In this document: in pieces, positions 9,018 through 17,609 of the stretch
How the letters are laid out: the number at the start of each line of letters is the position of its first letter
Numbering within the stretch: position 1 is the first letter of the stretch
NCBI GenBank assembly: GCA_020631905.1
Contig: JACKGQ010000002.1
Location: 789-64,788, forward strand
Length of the DNA: 64,000 nucleotides
Direction: 5' to 3'
Origin: Candidatus Nomurabacteria bacterium
GTDB taxonomy: Bacteria > Patescibacteriota > Saccharimonadia > Saccharimonadales > VXPC01
Made by a program: the position numbers and the translations under genes
Notes under the pieces: generated by a model
The model's input: only the letters and a program-made list of their open reading frames with translations
The model's database searches: none
Told to the model about the DNA's origin: nothing

Positions 9018-9053
9018 GTTGATTGTGTTAATATCTGCGCTTTGAACAAAATT

Positions 9054-10577
9054 CTAAAGTTCCGGTTGATACACCGCCCTATCGCTAGGTTGTCGGAATA
9101 ATGCCTTACCGCGGAGCTCATCGATTTTAATCGGACCATAAATGCGTGAGTCGATTGAATCTACTCGATTATCACCAGCCACAAAAAGTTCGTCGTCTTT
9201 AAGCGTAATGTCAATCTTGGTGCCATAACTTGGCGATAAAACCGTCGACCAAGGCTGCTGAAGATCGGCCTCAATTGGGTTGGTTGAATCTTTTGGATAG
9301 ACAAGTATGTAGCCACCATCTATAACCACTCGCTCCCCAGGTAGGCCAATAACTCTTTTGACCACATGCGTAGTTTCGCTAAGATCGATACCTTGAATGT
9401 TCGAGGTGTCTGTTTTTTCGAAAATAACCACGTCATACCTGCTTGGTATGTACTGCGAGCGAGTAATTCGAGCATAGGTGTCTGGCAGTTTGAATATTAG
9501 ATGATGGCTGTTGTTGTGAAGAGTTGTCTCCATACTAACCCCGTCGACCCGAAAAACGGCAATCACCCAAGTTGTCAGCACATAAAAAACACCAAGACCC
9601 ACCAAAGACACCATTACAGCTGGCAACAAATATTTCTTGGCTTGCTCGAGCTCGAGGCGATTCTCGGCTAGCTTATATTTCGTTTTTAAATCGATTGGTA
9701 TTATCGGCGACTCTGGGTTGTTAAAATGAGCTTGCTTCCATCGTCTTTTTCGACTAATCGACCGGAGAAGAAGTAAGACAGCATAGTAGCCGAGCAGTAA
9801 GGCTACAAATAGCCCAACTGGTTTTAAGATTGGTAGAAGCTTTAGATAGTATGGAGCAATTATCTGAATCGGGTTGATATCGATTTTGAGCGATTGATTC
9901 AAGATCAAAGCCTGACCGTTCGTAAATTTAACTCGACTAACTACCGTATGTTGTCCGGGCAATAACCGCCATTTATCTAATGATGTGTTATCGCTTTTAT
10001 ACAGTAGCTTGCCATCGACAAAATAATTAACATTTTCGACATCTACCCCGCTAAATTGTTCGATCAAAGACACTTTTAGGTTATCGTAAAGATAAGAGAC
10101 TGTTTGTGGGACAATCGTATATTGTTGGTCGTTGTAGTCTGTCCGACATTTTTCAGGAGAACAGCCTAAATCACTATTTATAAAAACAATCTGTGGCGGT
10201 AATGTGCCAAGCTGATTTTCGTTTGGGACTTTTGCATATAAAAACGTTGCATCCTCGTCCAAAAACTTCAAATCACTACCGATTTTTTGCCAAGAAGTTG
10301 AGCTAGCCTTAACCCGGCCAAGTTGGCGACAATCGGAGCTATCGTTGCCACTAAATAGATCGAAATTTACCGACTTTTTTTCGTGATTACTTAATCGAAC
10401 ATATATGTCGTAGCTTGCTTCTGGGACATGAAATAAAGAGCTAAACTGAGGATAATCGGTAGCTGGATCGCAACTCATATCTGTAGCCGCAGCTGCTGTC
10501 GGTACACCCAGAAATGCAAAAATCAGCAGAATAGCTACTTGCAAAGTAATCAGTTTCTGAAGCATATATCGGATCAC
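9054..10577 (-). CDS. lepB: signal peptidase I (S26) with ~330-aa N-terminal secreted/membrane extension
   Basis: The C-terminal ~170 aa carry the SPase I boxes (VDGVSMETTL, VVKRVIGLPGERV, GDNRVDSIDSR). The N-terminus has a signal peptide (ILLIFAFLGVPTAAAA), a ~220-aa unassigned domain and two further TM segments. Confidence 0.85.
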   Translation of the reverse strand: MIRYMLQKLITLQVAILLIFAFLGVPTAAAATDMSCDPATDYPQFSSLFHVPEASYDIYVRLSNHEKKSVNFDLFSGNDSSDCRQLGRVKASSTSWQKIGSDLKFLDEDATFLYAKVPNENQLGTLPPQIVFINSDLGCSPEKCRTDYNDQQYTIVPQTVSYLYDNLKVSLIEQFSGVDVENVNYFVDGKLLYKSDNTSLDKWRLLPGQHTVVSRVKFTNGQALILNQSLKIDINPIQIIAPYYLKLLPILKPVGLFVALLLGYYAVLLLLRSISRKRRWKQAHFNNPESPIIPIDLKTKYKLAENRLELEQAKKYLLPAVMVSLVGLGVFYVLTTWVIAVFRVDGVSMETTLHNNSHHLIFKLPDTYARITRSQYIPSRYDVVIFEKTDTSNIQGIDLSETTHVVKRVIGLPGERVVIDGGYILVYPKDSTNPIEADLQQPWSTVLSPSYGTKIDITLKDDELFVAGDNRVDSIDSRIYGPIKIDELRGKALFRQPSDRAVYQPEL

Positions 10578-10640
10578 TTAATATATTTTAACAGCAGATA
10601 GCATAAGCTCGTAAAAAAGATTTGCGATACGTAGGGTGGC

Positions 10641-10670
10641 TTGACTAAACATAGGTGTTTATGCTATAAT
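10641..10670 (+). promoter_or_regulatory. sigma70-type promoter with extended -10
   Basis: TTGACT-18 nt-(TGC)TATAAT, followed by a 7-bp hairpin GTGGCTT-attgc-AAGCCAC at about +8. Confidence 0.55.
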
Positions 10671-10708
10671 ATAATATGTGGCTTATTGCAAGCCACGTTC
10701 TTTAACTA

Positions 10709-10739
10709 TATGTATATTTTAGGGGAACATTGGCTTAAG
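10709..10739. repeat. left arm of inverted repeat bracketing GC-rich cassette 1
   Basis: TATGTATATTTTAGGGGAACATTGGCTTAAG. The reverse complement of 11293-11334 is TATGTACATTTTAGGAAATAGGGAACATTGAATGGGTTAAGG. Matching blocks are 14/15, 10/10 and 6 bp. Confidence 0.8.
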
Positions 10740-10814
10740 TAGCATGTTTTCTCCTCGCGCGGGCAAATCGACTCAGCGTGCCACGCCTTAACCGGCACAA
10801 ACAAGGAGAAACAA

Positions 10815-10952
10815 GTGAAAGCCAAAAAGCAACCGGCTTACGATGGCGAGCTAGTCATCATTGTGGTGATCAACTTGATCGCCACGGCAATAGTTTTTGC
10901 CGCGATGGCGATCGCCAACCAGTTCGCTCAAATTTTCAGGAGGACCCGATGA
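10815..10952 (+). CDS. small membrane protein (45 aa, GTG start)
   Basis: AAGGAG-6 nt-GTG. VKAKKQPAYDGELVIIVVINLIATAIVFAAMAIANQFAQIFRRTR* has one TM helix. The stop overlaps the next start (ATGA). Confidence 0.45.
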   Translation: MKAKKQPAYDGELVIIVVINLIATAIVFAAMAIANQFAQIFRRTR

Positions 10953-11239
10953 AAAAGCTAATCGTGCTCGGAAGCGCACTCCTGATGGCTTTAGCCACAG
11001 GCGCGCTGATGTACGTAACTTGGCGCTGTTGGTGTCATATCGATGGCGCGTATGCGCCGCATGGGTTCGCTGCGTTGATCGCAGCGCTCAGTTGCCTCGG
11101 TGCTTTTTTCTGGCTTTTGGGTCAGTTAAAGACACATAGGCCATACGTCAAACCCGTTGGGTACCGGACGAGGCAGCGCCTCGCCAACCCCGACTGGGGT
11201 GGCTTCCTGGACCCGAACGCTCCTTGGCGTCAGCCGTAG
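10949..11239 (+). CDS. small two-TM membrane protein (96 aa), GC-rich
   Basis: AGGAGG-5 nt-ATG. MKKLIVLGSALLMALATGALMYVTW...FAALIAALSCLGAFFWLLG. The longer ORF-track start at 10778 has no RBS. Confidence 0.6.
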   Translation: MKKLIVLGSALLMALATGALMYVTWRCWCHIDGAYAPHGFAALIAALSCLGAFFWLLGQLKTHRPYVKPVGYRTRQRLANPDWGGFLDPNAPWRQP

Positions 11240-11255
11240 GAGTGGCCCACGAGGT

Positions 11256-11285
11256 GCCCGACGGGTCGATTCTGACCCGTCGGGC
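11256..11285 (+). terminator. GC-rich hairpin without U-tract closing cassette 1
   Basis: GCCCGACGGGTC-gattct-GACCCGTCGGGC, a perfect 12-bp stem 17 nt after the stop codon. Confidence 0.5.
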
Positions 11286-11292
11286 GAGAGAG

Positions 11293-11334
11293 CCTTAACC
11301 CATTCAATGTTCCCTATTTCCTAAAATGTACATA
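11293..11334. repeat. right arm of inverted repeat bracketing GC-rich cassette 1
   Basis: CCTTAACCCATTCAATGTTCCCTATTTCCTAAAATGTACATA. See the left arm at 10709-10739. Confidence 0.8.
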
Positions 11335-11367
11335 TTTGCCTCGGCTTGTTGCCAGGTGTGACATAGA

Positions 11368-11643
11368 TTGCTGACTATTCTATATATTCTGTTTATGCTT
11401 GTGTTCATGGCCTACGAGTCAGACGACAATATAATCGCCATTCCTACCGATAAAGCTAGAGCATACCAGCGACATCCTGCTTATCGGGGATACCAGCGGT
11501 TAGCCAAAATTATAACCGCCAAATTATCTGTTGAGTCCGAACCAGACAAACAACCATACGATTGGCAAACCGAGTATTACGATCAAGGCCTAGAACAAAC
11601 CGAACGCGATCTAGGCGACCCAGAAGGCATTTATGATCCTTAG
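11368..11643 (+). CDS. hypothetical protein
   Basis: 91-aa ORF. The start is uncertain (internal Met codons at MLVFMAYESDD). No motif recognised. Confidence 0.4.
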   Translation: MLTILYILFMLVFMAYESDDNIIAIPTDKARAYQRHPAYRGYQRLAKIITAKLSVESEPDKQPYDWQTEYYDQGLEQTERDLGDPEGIYDP

Positions 11644-11687
11644 CTCTTATGCTTGCAGAATGTTTTTCTTGACGATATGCTTGCAGA

Positions 11688-12365
11688 ATGGGTAGAAGAA
11701 ATCGACATAAAGAACGAGCCAAACACGGTGGGCAGCTAGCCGACCACCGTCCTCCCGAACTACATACTGAAGATTACGGCCTGGTCACCCCAGAAGATCG
11801 GCGTGCAAGCGAAGCCTACTTGCGTTGGCTATGCCAATATGTAAATGCAGTTTACGATCACGGTGATCGAGACACACTCCGAAATCAAAGGTATCAAACT
11901 TCCGAAGTAGTCCACTGGCATAACCCGGAAGCCCAAAGAGAAGGAGCTCCTGATATAGACGCAACCGCCCAGTGGAACCGCAGATTCGGCGGACCGCAAA
12001 TAGTGCGCCTGCCAAATGTTTTGAGTGTTGGAGTTGGTGTAAGTTCTGAGGGGACTGGGGACGAAAGATTAACTGCAATATTCGACTCGGAAGGTGAGTT
12101 AGATGCGTTTAGATACAGTTTTAGTAGCCACGGCGATAACAACGTTGCTCGCCCTGCACCAGAAGCATCTGGAAAATCTATGGAGGAACTCCATGAACAA
12201 GCAATTTCTCGCCGAGCTGCTCGAATTATTCACATGTTTAGGTCTAACGTTCTTGGTGTAGATCCAGATAATCAGGCGCTCGTAATCCCGAAATCAGTAC
12301 CAAATTGGCTAGGTAGGCGTGTTGAACTATCGCCAGAACACTTGCCAGCACTTGTACTAGACTAA
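11688..12365 (+). CDS. hypothetical protein
   Basis: 225-aa ORF with moderately elevated GC (shadow ORFs on the opposite strand). No motif recognised. Confidence 0.55.
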   Translation: MGRRNRHKERAKHGGQLADHRPPELHTEDYGLVTPEDRRASEAYLRWLCQYVNAVYDHGDRDTLRNQRYQTSEVVHWHNPEAQREGAPDIDATAQWNRRFGGPQIVRLPNVLSVGVGVSSEGTGDERLTAIFDSEGELDAFRYSFSSHGDNNVARPAPEASGKSMEELHEQAISRRAARIIHMFRSNVLGVDPDNQALVIPKSVPNWLGRRVELSPEHLPALVLD

Positions 12366-15292
12366 ACTACAAAATTAACTAGGCGGCCGGGCACATAGAT
12401 TTCTTTTTTGGTGCCGCCACTCAAGTATTTTTTGACGTTTTCTAGCTCTTTGGCTGCTGCTAGCACATCGACTTCGGCAGAATCCGCTGCTATCTGCAGT
12501 TCTCCCCTGACCTTTCCATTAACCGATACGCCAATCGTGACTGTATCTTTTGTCAAATATGCATCGTCGTGCTCTGGCCAGTGATCTTTGTTTACGCTGT
12601 CCTCATGGCCTAGATCGTGCCATAGCTCTTCGGCGGTATGCGGGGCAAACGGGGCAATTAGCTGCACAAGACTTTCGAGCACAAACTGCCAATGGCTAGA
12701 GCTGTAACCATCTTTTTCTTTGAGTCTATATAGCTCGTTGGTGCAAGCCATCATCGAGGCGATCGCCGTGTTGTACTTGGTATCTTCTAGGTCTTTACTG
12801 GTTTTATGGATTGTGCTGTGAACTGTCTGTAGCAAGAGCTTATCGACATTATCAGTTATGTTTTTCTGGTTCTCAGAGCTTTTGGCATCGTTAAATTCTT
12901 GCACCAAGTTCCAGACCCGGTTTAAGAAACGGAAAGTGCCAGGCACACCTTGTGGATCCCAACGCATCCACAGCTCTAGCGGGGCAGCAAACATTAGATA
13001 GGTACGCAGCGCGTCGGCACCATAGCCATCGTTAATTATTTCTAGCGGGTCGACCCCGTTGCCTTTGCTCTTACTAAACATCGTACCGTCACTTGCAGTA
13101 ACTTTGCCGTTAAACAAGAAACGCTTGAATGGCTCGGGATTCTCCACCAAACCCTGTTTGTGTAAGAAACGTGTAATAAATCGGGCATAAATCATGTGAG
13201 CCGTAGCGTGGTCTCCACCGTTATAAAAGTCGATCGGCATCCATTTATTGACAACTTTGCTATCGAAAATGGCTTTTTCATTGCTTGGGTCAAAGTAACG
13301 TAGCATGTACCAGCTGCTGCAAATGTAGGTGTCGAGTGTGTCGGTTTCGCGCTCGGCTTGCCCGCCACATTCCGGGCAGGTAGTTTGCACCCAGTCGGTT
13401 GCGCGTGCTAGAGCGCTGCGGCCATCACCACTTGGGGCAAAATCTTCTAATTCTGGCAAAACCACTGGTAATTGGTCGTCTGGTACAAGTACCGGACCAC
13501 ACTCAACACAGTGCACCATCGGAATCGGCGCCCCCCAGTAACGTTGACGACTAACACTCCAGTCACGAATCTTATAAATTGTCTTTTCTTCGGCTACACC
13601 CTGCTTGGCAAGATCAGCCACAATCTGCTCCCGTGCTTCTGAACTTGATAGCCCGTTATATTTATCCGAATTAAATAACACACCTTCTTCAGTGAAAACT
13701 TCTGATTGGTATTCTCTACCCTCTTTATGAGCTTTTGCGGCTTCTCTTGCCCTCTCCATTCCAATTAACCAGTGCCCACGTCCCTCGGGCTCGTTGTTAA
13801 AGTCCGCTATTATCTCATCAAGCGTTGACCAATCTACTCTGTATGCCTCGTGCTCTTCAAGCATCTGCTTGTTCTGTTCTGTCTCGTCGATCACTGCCAT
13901 ATACAGGTAGCTAAACGATCGACGGTTGCTGTTTTTGTTTGGATTAAAGTAGTAAGAGTAAGTTGGTCCGCCTAGCTGTATAAGTTTTGAAACATTCTCA
14001 AAACCTGCCTCTTCTTTTAACTCTCTTAAGGCTGCGGTTTCATAACTTTCGCCATCTTCTAGACCACCCGATGCTAGCCAGCGCATGTCGTTCTTGGTGT
14101 TTATTAAACTCATGAATCTATCCGTCTCGGGATCATAGCCAAGAACCACCGGACCGGTCACATCAACCGCATCTACTAGAGGATTGCCAAACTCTGGTGC
14201 AACAACTTCAGTTATCTCTAAATTAAACTTTGTAGCGAATTCGAAGTCGCGCTCGTCGTGAGCCGGGACGGCCATGATTGCGCCTGTACCGTAGCCTACT
14301 AAAACGTAGTCGGCAATCCAGATTGGAATTTGCTTGTTATTGATAGGGTTAATGGCATAAGCGCCAGTAAACACACCTGTCTTGTCTTTGTTGGCTTGGC
14401 GCTCGACCTCGTCTTTCTTGGCTGCTGCTTTTTGGTAGGCTTCGACTTCCTCTCTTTGTTCCGGAGTTGTAACACTCGCCACCAACTCGTGCTCGGGAGC
14501 CAAAACTATAAATGTAGCCCCAAATAAAGTATCGGGACGCGTTGTAAAGACAGTTATTGACTGGTCTGTGTTGTCGATATTGAATATTATTTCGGCGCCT
14601 TTACTCTTGCCAATCCAGTTCTTTTGGGCAGTTTTGACAGCCTCTGTCCAATCTAGGGCATCGGTGGCTTCGAGCAGCTCGTCGGCGTAGTCGGTGATTT
14701 TAAAGAACCACTGCTTGACTTCACGCTTTTCAACAATCGGGTCGTCGGCACCGTCGTGCCTCCAACATTTGTCGTCGATTACTTGTTCGTTTGCCAGTAC
14801 GGTTTGGCATTTGGTACACCACCACTGCATCCGCGCGTCTTGGTAGGCCAGGCCGGCCCGATACATTTCGCTAAACAACCATTGTGTCCATTTGTAATAA
14901 ATTGGCTCGTGAGTAGCGATCTCTTTACTCCAGTCGTTGCTCCAACCCATAGCTTTGTACTGTTTGTGATAGCTCGGAATAATCGTGGCCATGCTAGCTT
15001 GGGGGCTAACCCCAGCTTTAATAGCGTAGTTTTCGGCTGGCAATCCAAAAGCATCCCAGCCAACAGGGTGGTAGCTTTCGTAGCCTTGCTGGCGCTTAAC
15101 CCGGGCTAGCACATCGCTGATTGTGTAATTCATAGCATGGCCGATATGAATACCAGCCCCACTGGGGTAGTTAAACATGCTCATGGCGATGTATTTTGGT
15201 TTGTCACTAGCCAGGTTGGCCTGATATGTCTTTTGCTCGTCCCACCAGGCTTGCCACTTGGGCTCAATATCTTTCGGGTTGTATCGTTTCAT
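12362..15292 (-). CDS. leuS: leucyl-tRNA synthetase carrying an inserted Nudix domain
   Basis: HIGH (PSGAGIHIGHAMNY) and KMSKS (TMFSKSKGNG) motifs, CP1 editing region (TTRPDT...GTGAIMAVPAHDERDFEFA) and zinc-type cysteines. It is 976 aa long because of a ~150-aa insertion with a perfect Nudix box. Confidence 0.97.
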   Translation of the reverse strand: MKRYNPKDIEPKWQAWWDEQKTYQANLASDKPKYIAMSMFNYPSGAGIHIGHAMNYTISDVLARVKRQQGYESYHPVGWDAFGLPAENYAIKAGVSPQASMATIIPSYHKQYKAMGWSNDWSKEIATHEPIYYKWTQWLFSEMYRAGLAYQDARMQWWCTKCQTVLANEQVIDDKCWRHDGADDPIVEKREVKQWFFKITDYADELLEATDALDWTEAVKTAQKNWIGKSKGAEIIFNIDNTDQSITVFTTRPDTLFGATFIVLAPEHELVASVTTPEQREEVEAYQKAAAKKDEVERQANKDKTGVFTGAYAINPINNKQIPIWIADYVLVGYGTGAIMAVPAHDERDFEFATKFNLEITEVVAPEFGNPLVDAVDVTGPVVLGYDPETDRFMSLINTKNDMRWLASGGLEDGESYETAALRELKEEAGFENVSKLIQLGGPTYSYYFNPNKNSNRRSFSYLYMAVIDETEQNKQMLEEHEAYRVDWSTLDEIIADFNNEPEGRGHWLIGMERAREAAKAHKEGREYQSEVFTEEGVLFNSDKYNGLSSSEAREQIVADLAKQGVAEEKTIYKIRDWSVSRQRYWGAPIPMVHCVECGPVLVPDDQLPVVLPELEDFAPSGDGRSALARATDWVQTTCPECGGQAERETDTLDTYICSSWYMLRYFDPSNEKAIFDSKVVNKWMPIDFYNGGDHATAHMIYARFITRFLHKQGLVENPEPFKRFLFNGKVTASDGTMFSKSKGNGVDPLEIINDGYGADALRTYLMFAAPLELWMRWDPQGVPGTFRFLNRVWNLVQEFNDAKSSENQKNITDNVDKLLLQTVHSTIHKTSKDLEDTKYNTAIASMMACTNELYRLKEKDGYSSSHWQFVLESLVQLIAPFAPHTAEELWHDLGHEDSVNKDHWPEHDDAYLTKDTVTIGVSVNGKVRGELQIAADSAEVDVLAAAKELENVKKYLSGGTKKEIYVPGRLVNFVV

Positions 15293-15417
15293 GGTTTTTA
15301 TCCGTTTAGTTTAGCTATATATAGAAGAATGAAGTTACTCTCGCTTAGGCGAGGACAAACAACCCAAAATAGTAGCTCTTCTGCATAACGACAATTCTAA
15401 CAGATGTAAGTTGATTA

Positions 15418-15960
15418 TCAAGCACTGCTCGGCAAACCGTTACATGCAAGCTGAGCGTTCGAGTACCCTTTAATATCGGTAACGTCTAAGCCACACCAAA
15501 CTGGTGGTTGTTCACGAAGCATTTGCAAATCTTCTAGGTTTGCAACCTCGATCTCGGCCATGACTAATCCAAGTAGATCTCCTTGGAAGATATCGACAAT
15601 CACTTCTTTTGCGCGGATTTTGCCCGCTGCCTCTAGGTCTAGATAATACCGAGACTTACTAACCCTACTGCCTTCAGTCTGTGGCCAAAGCTCCTCAAAC
15701 TCTATCCGGGTAATATCGGTTTCCACTTCTGTAGCTTGACCATTAACTCGCTCACCTTTAGCGGTCTGAAGCCACTGGCAGCTACGCATCGATTCATCGC
15801 CAGCTGTGTGGCTGTAGCGTATACGTCTTGCCATGCCGCTAGAATCTGGTTTGAGATAGCCTTGAAAGATATTTACGACCCGCAAAACTCTTTGCTGTCG
15901 CCACAAATCGTTTTCTATAAGCCACTTGCCTTCTATCTCGACTGGTAGTTCTGCTGCCAT
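15418..15960 (-). CDS. CYTH-domain (triphosphate tunnel metalloenzyme) protein
   Basis: N-terminal E-x-E-x-K signature (VEIEGKWLI). The size and beta-rich pattern are typical of CYTH/CyaB-ThTPase proteins. Confidence 0.75.
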   Translation of the reverse strand: MAAELPVEIEGKWLIENDLWRQQRVLRVVNIFQGYLKPDSSGMARRIRYSHTAGDESMRSCQWLQTAKGERVNGQATEVETDITRIEFEELWPQTEGSRVSKSRYYLDLEAAGKIRAKEVIVDIFQGDLLGLVMAEIEVANLEDLQMLREQPPVWCGLDVTDIKGYSNAQLACNGLPSSA

Positions 15961-16093
15961 TAAAGTCTCCTTAATCTAAAACATCCTAACACAATCGCTC
16001 GATATTTTACTCAATATGTTTTGAGTAAAATCTATTGGCTGTTTTTTGTAACTAGGTGGCCATAAGCTCTTGTTGTAAACAGGAGCAAGCCTT

Positions 16094-16684
16094 ATGGCAC
16101 AAACAAAGTTAGTTCTCACCGGCGGACCACACTCGGGCAAAACTACTCTTTTTAATCAACTAAAGGAAGCATTCCCAGAGGCCCATTTTGTGCCCGAACC
16201 AGCCGAGTCGGTAATTCTACGTGAGCTTGACAAACAAGCGATCGACCCCGACTATACGCCAATCCTGCCAACCACCGACTACCCGTCGTTCCTGCCAATA
16301 GTAGTCGACGAATCTTTGCGCTTAGAGGCTCTGGCAGCCGGCAGTGAGTTGGTAATTTGCGACCGTTCGCTTGTCGACAACCTAGCCTTTATCGCTATCA
16401 ACGCCGCTGGCGATTTAGCTACCCGGCATGTTAGCCGTCTAGCGGCAGCGGCTCGTTACAGCTTTGCATTGTTCCTCGAACAACTGCCAACTTACGCCAA
16501 TACTCCTGTCCGTCGTGAGTCCAGGGAATTTGCCGCTCGAATTGCCCTGGCAACCCACTCCGTATACGCCAACTGCTTTGCCGGCAATATGGCCGATCTA
16601 CCAGCTGTCGGCCTCGAGGCTCGAGCCGAACTTGCCAGGCAAAAAATCGAAGGTTTTTTGGCAGCAACCCAGAAAGCAAGTTAA
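16094..16684 (+). CDS. P-loop ATPase/kinase, AAA_28 (NadR C-terminal-like) type
   Basis: Walker A LTGGPHSGKTTL at the extreme N-terminus and Walker B-like LVICDRS. The ~190-aa size resembles NadR-type small-molecule kinases. Confidence 0.6.
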   Translation: MAQTKLVLTGGPHSGKTTLFNQLKEAFPEAHFVPEPAESVILRELDKQAIDPDYTPILPTTDYPSFLPIVVDESLRLEALAAGSELVICDRSLVDNLAFIAINAAGDLATRHVSRLAAAARYSFALFLEQLPTYANTPVRRESREFAARIALATHSVYANCFAGNMADLPAVGLEARAELARQKIEGFLAATQKAS

Positions 16685-17358
16685 TCAAACTTGAGATCGA
16701 GTACGAACTGATTGCTTTGTTTGCTAGCCTCGATTAATTCCTTAAACCCAGGTATAAACTGGCTGTAATCTTCTGCTTGCCAATCTGCCCAGTACGTCTC
16801 ACCAGCATGGTTGGTGTGTGTCTTCTTGTCGATAACCATACCCTCCCATAAATGACCGATCACGTGGTTCTCGATAAATTTATCTCGCCTGCTAACCAAG
16901 CTGAATTCACCCTTTAGAGTTAGTTTGACTTCTTTGGGTTGGTAACCACATTTCTCTTCGAGCTCGCGGTAGGCGGCTTCTTCTAGAGTTTCGCCTAAAT
17001 GGATTTTGCCACTCGGAAAACCCAGTGCATCGATATACGGCTGGCGTTTACGACGATACAATAAAGTTTGCTCGTCTTGGCTGTGTAGATAAATTACGCT
17101 CAAGGTTGTCGGCATAAGCCGAATGCCTGACTCGCGGATACTAAAGCGGGTCGCTAAAGCCTTGCCGGTCTCGGTTAGCTGGTACTGCTTGTCTTGCTTT
17201 TCGACTAAACCGGCTTTAATTAGCTCGTTGAGATGATACATAAAGGCGTTGGCCTCGAGCTCTTTCGGCTTGAGCTCGCTGTAGCGCATGCTCTCGGCAC
17301 CAACTAGACGGTTAAAGATTCGCCGCTGTATATGATGGCTAATATCTATCTGTTTCAC
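16681..17358 (-). CDS. winged-helix DNA-binding domain fused to a Nudix domain
   Basis: N-terminal wHTH (MRYSELKPKELEANAFMYHLNELIKAGLVEK). C-terminal Nudix box GKIHLGETLEEAAYRELEEKCGY. The domain order is the reverse of NrtR. Confidence 0.78.
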   Translation of the reverse strand: MKQIDISHHIQRRIFNRLVGAESMRYSELKPKELEANAFMYHLNELIKAGLVEKQDKQYQLTETGKALATRFSIRESGIRLMPTTLSVIYLHSQDEQTLLYRRKRQPYIDALGFPSGKIHLGETLEEAAYRELEEKCGYQPKEVKLTLKGEFSLVSRRDKFIENHVIGHLWEGMVIDKKTHTNHAGETYWADWQAEDYSQFIPGFKELIEASKQSNQFVLDLKFD

Positions 17359-17609
17359 ATACTCAAGTTTAACATGAGTTCCGCACTTTGATTCCCGCTC
17401 AGAACTTTAGTTGCAGACAATCTAGCAGTTTTTCTGCTATCACCGATACCAATGTATCGCTTCTACCAGAGAAAACCACTATCTTATCCGCACCTGAAGA
17501 CCTGACGCCAAGAAGCAAAATACGAAGCTCAAGTTAATTTGAGTCCAAAAGTCCTGTCTAGCACAAGCATTGAAGTTTAGTTAAATTGCTGATCATAAGG
17601 AGGTTAGCA

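Noticed and set aside
8808-9101. 97-aa plus-strand ORF
   Set aside because: The opposite strand encodes a convincing L32 (rpmF) with an AAGGAGG Shine-Dalgarno and a TTGCGA-17-TATAAT promoter. The plus-strand peptide is featureless.
15293-15417. T-box or other leader upstream of leuS
   Set aside because: The leader is only about 125 nt. I could not find a specifier-loop/T-box consensus or a terminator-antiterminator pair.
17359-17609. Riboswitch in the 250-nt leader of the unknown-HD-TrpF-like operon
   Set aside because: It contains small hairpins (TAGCAG/CTGCTA, CGATAC/GTATCG), but I recognise no known riboswitch core (ZTP, PRPP, purine, preQ1 or similar). An Rfam scan is needed, so it is left unassigned.
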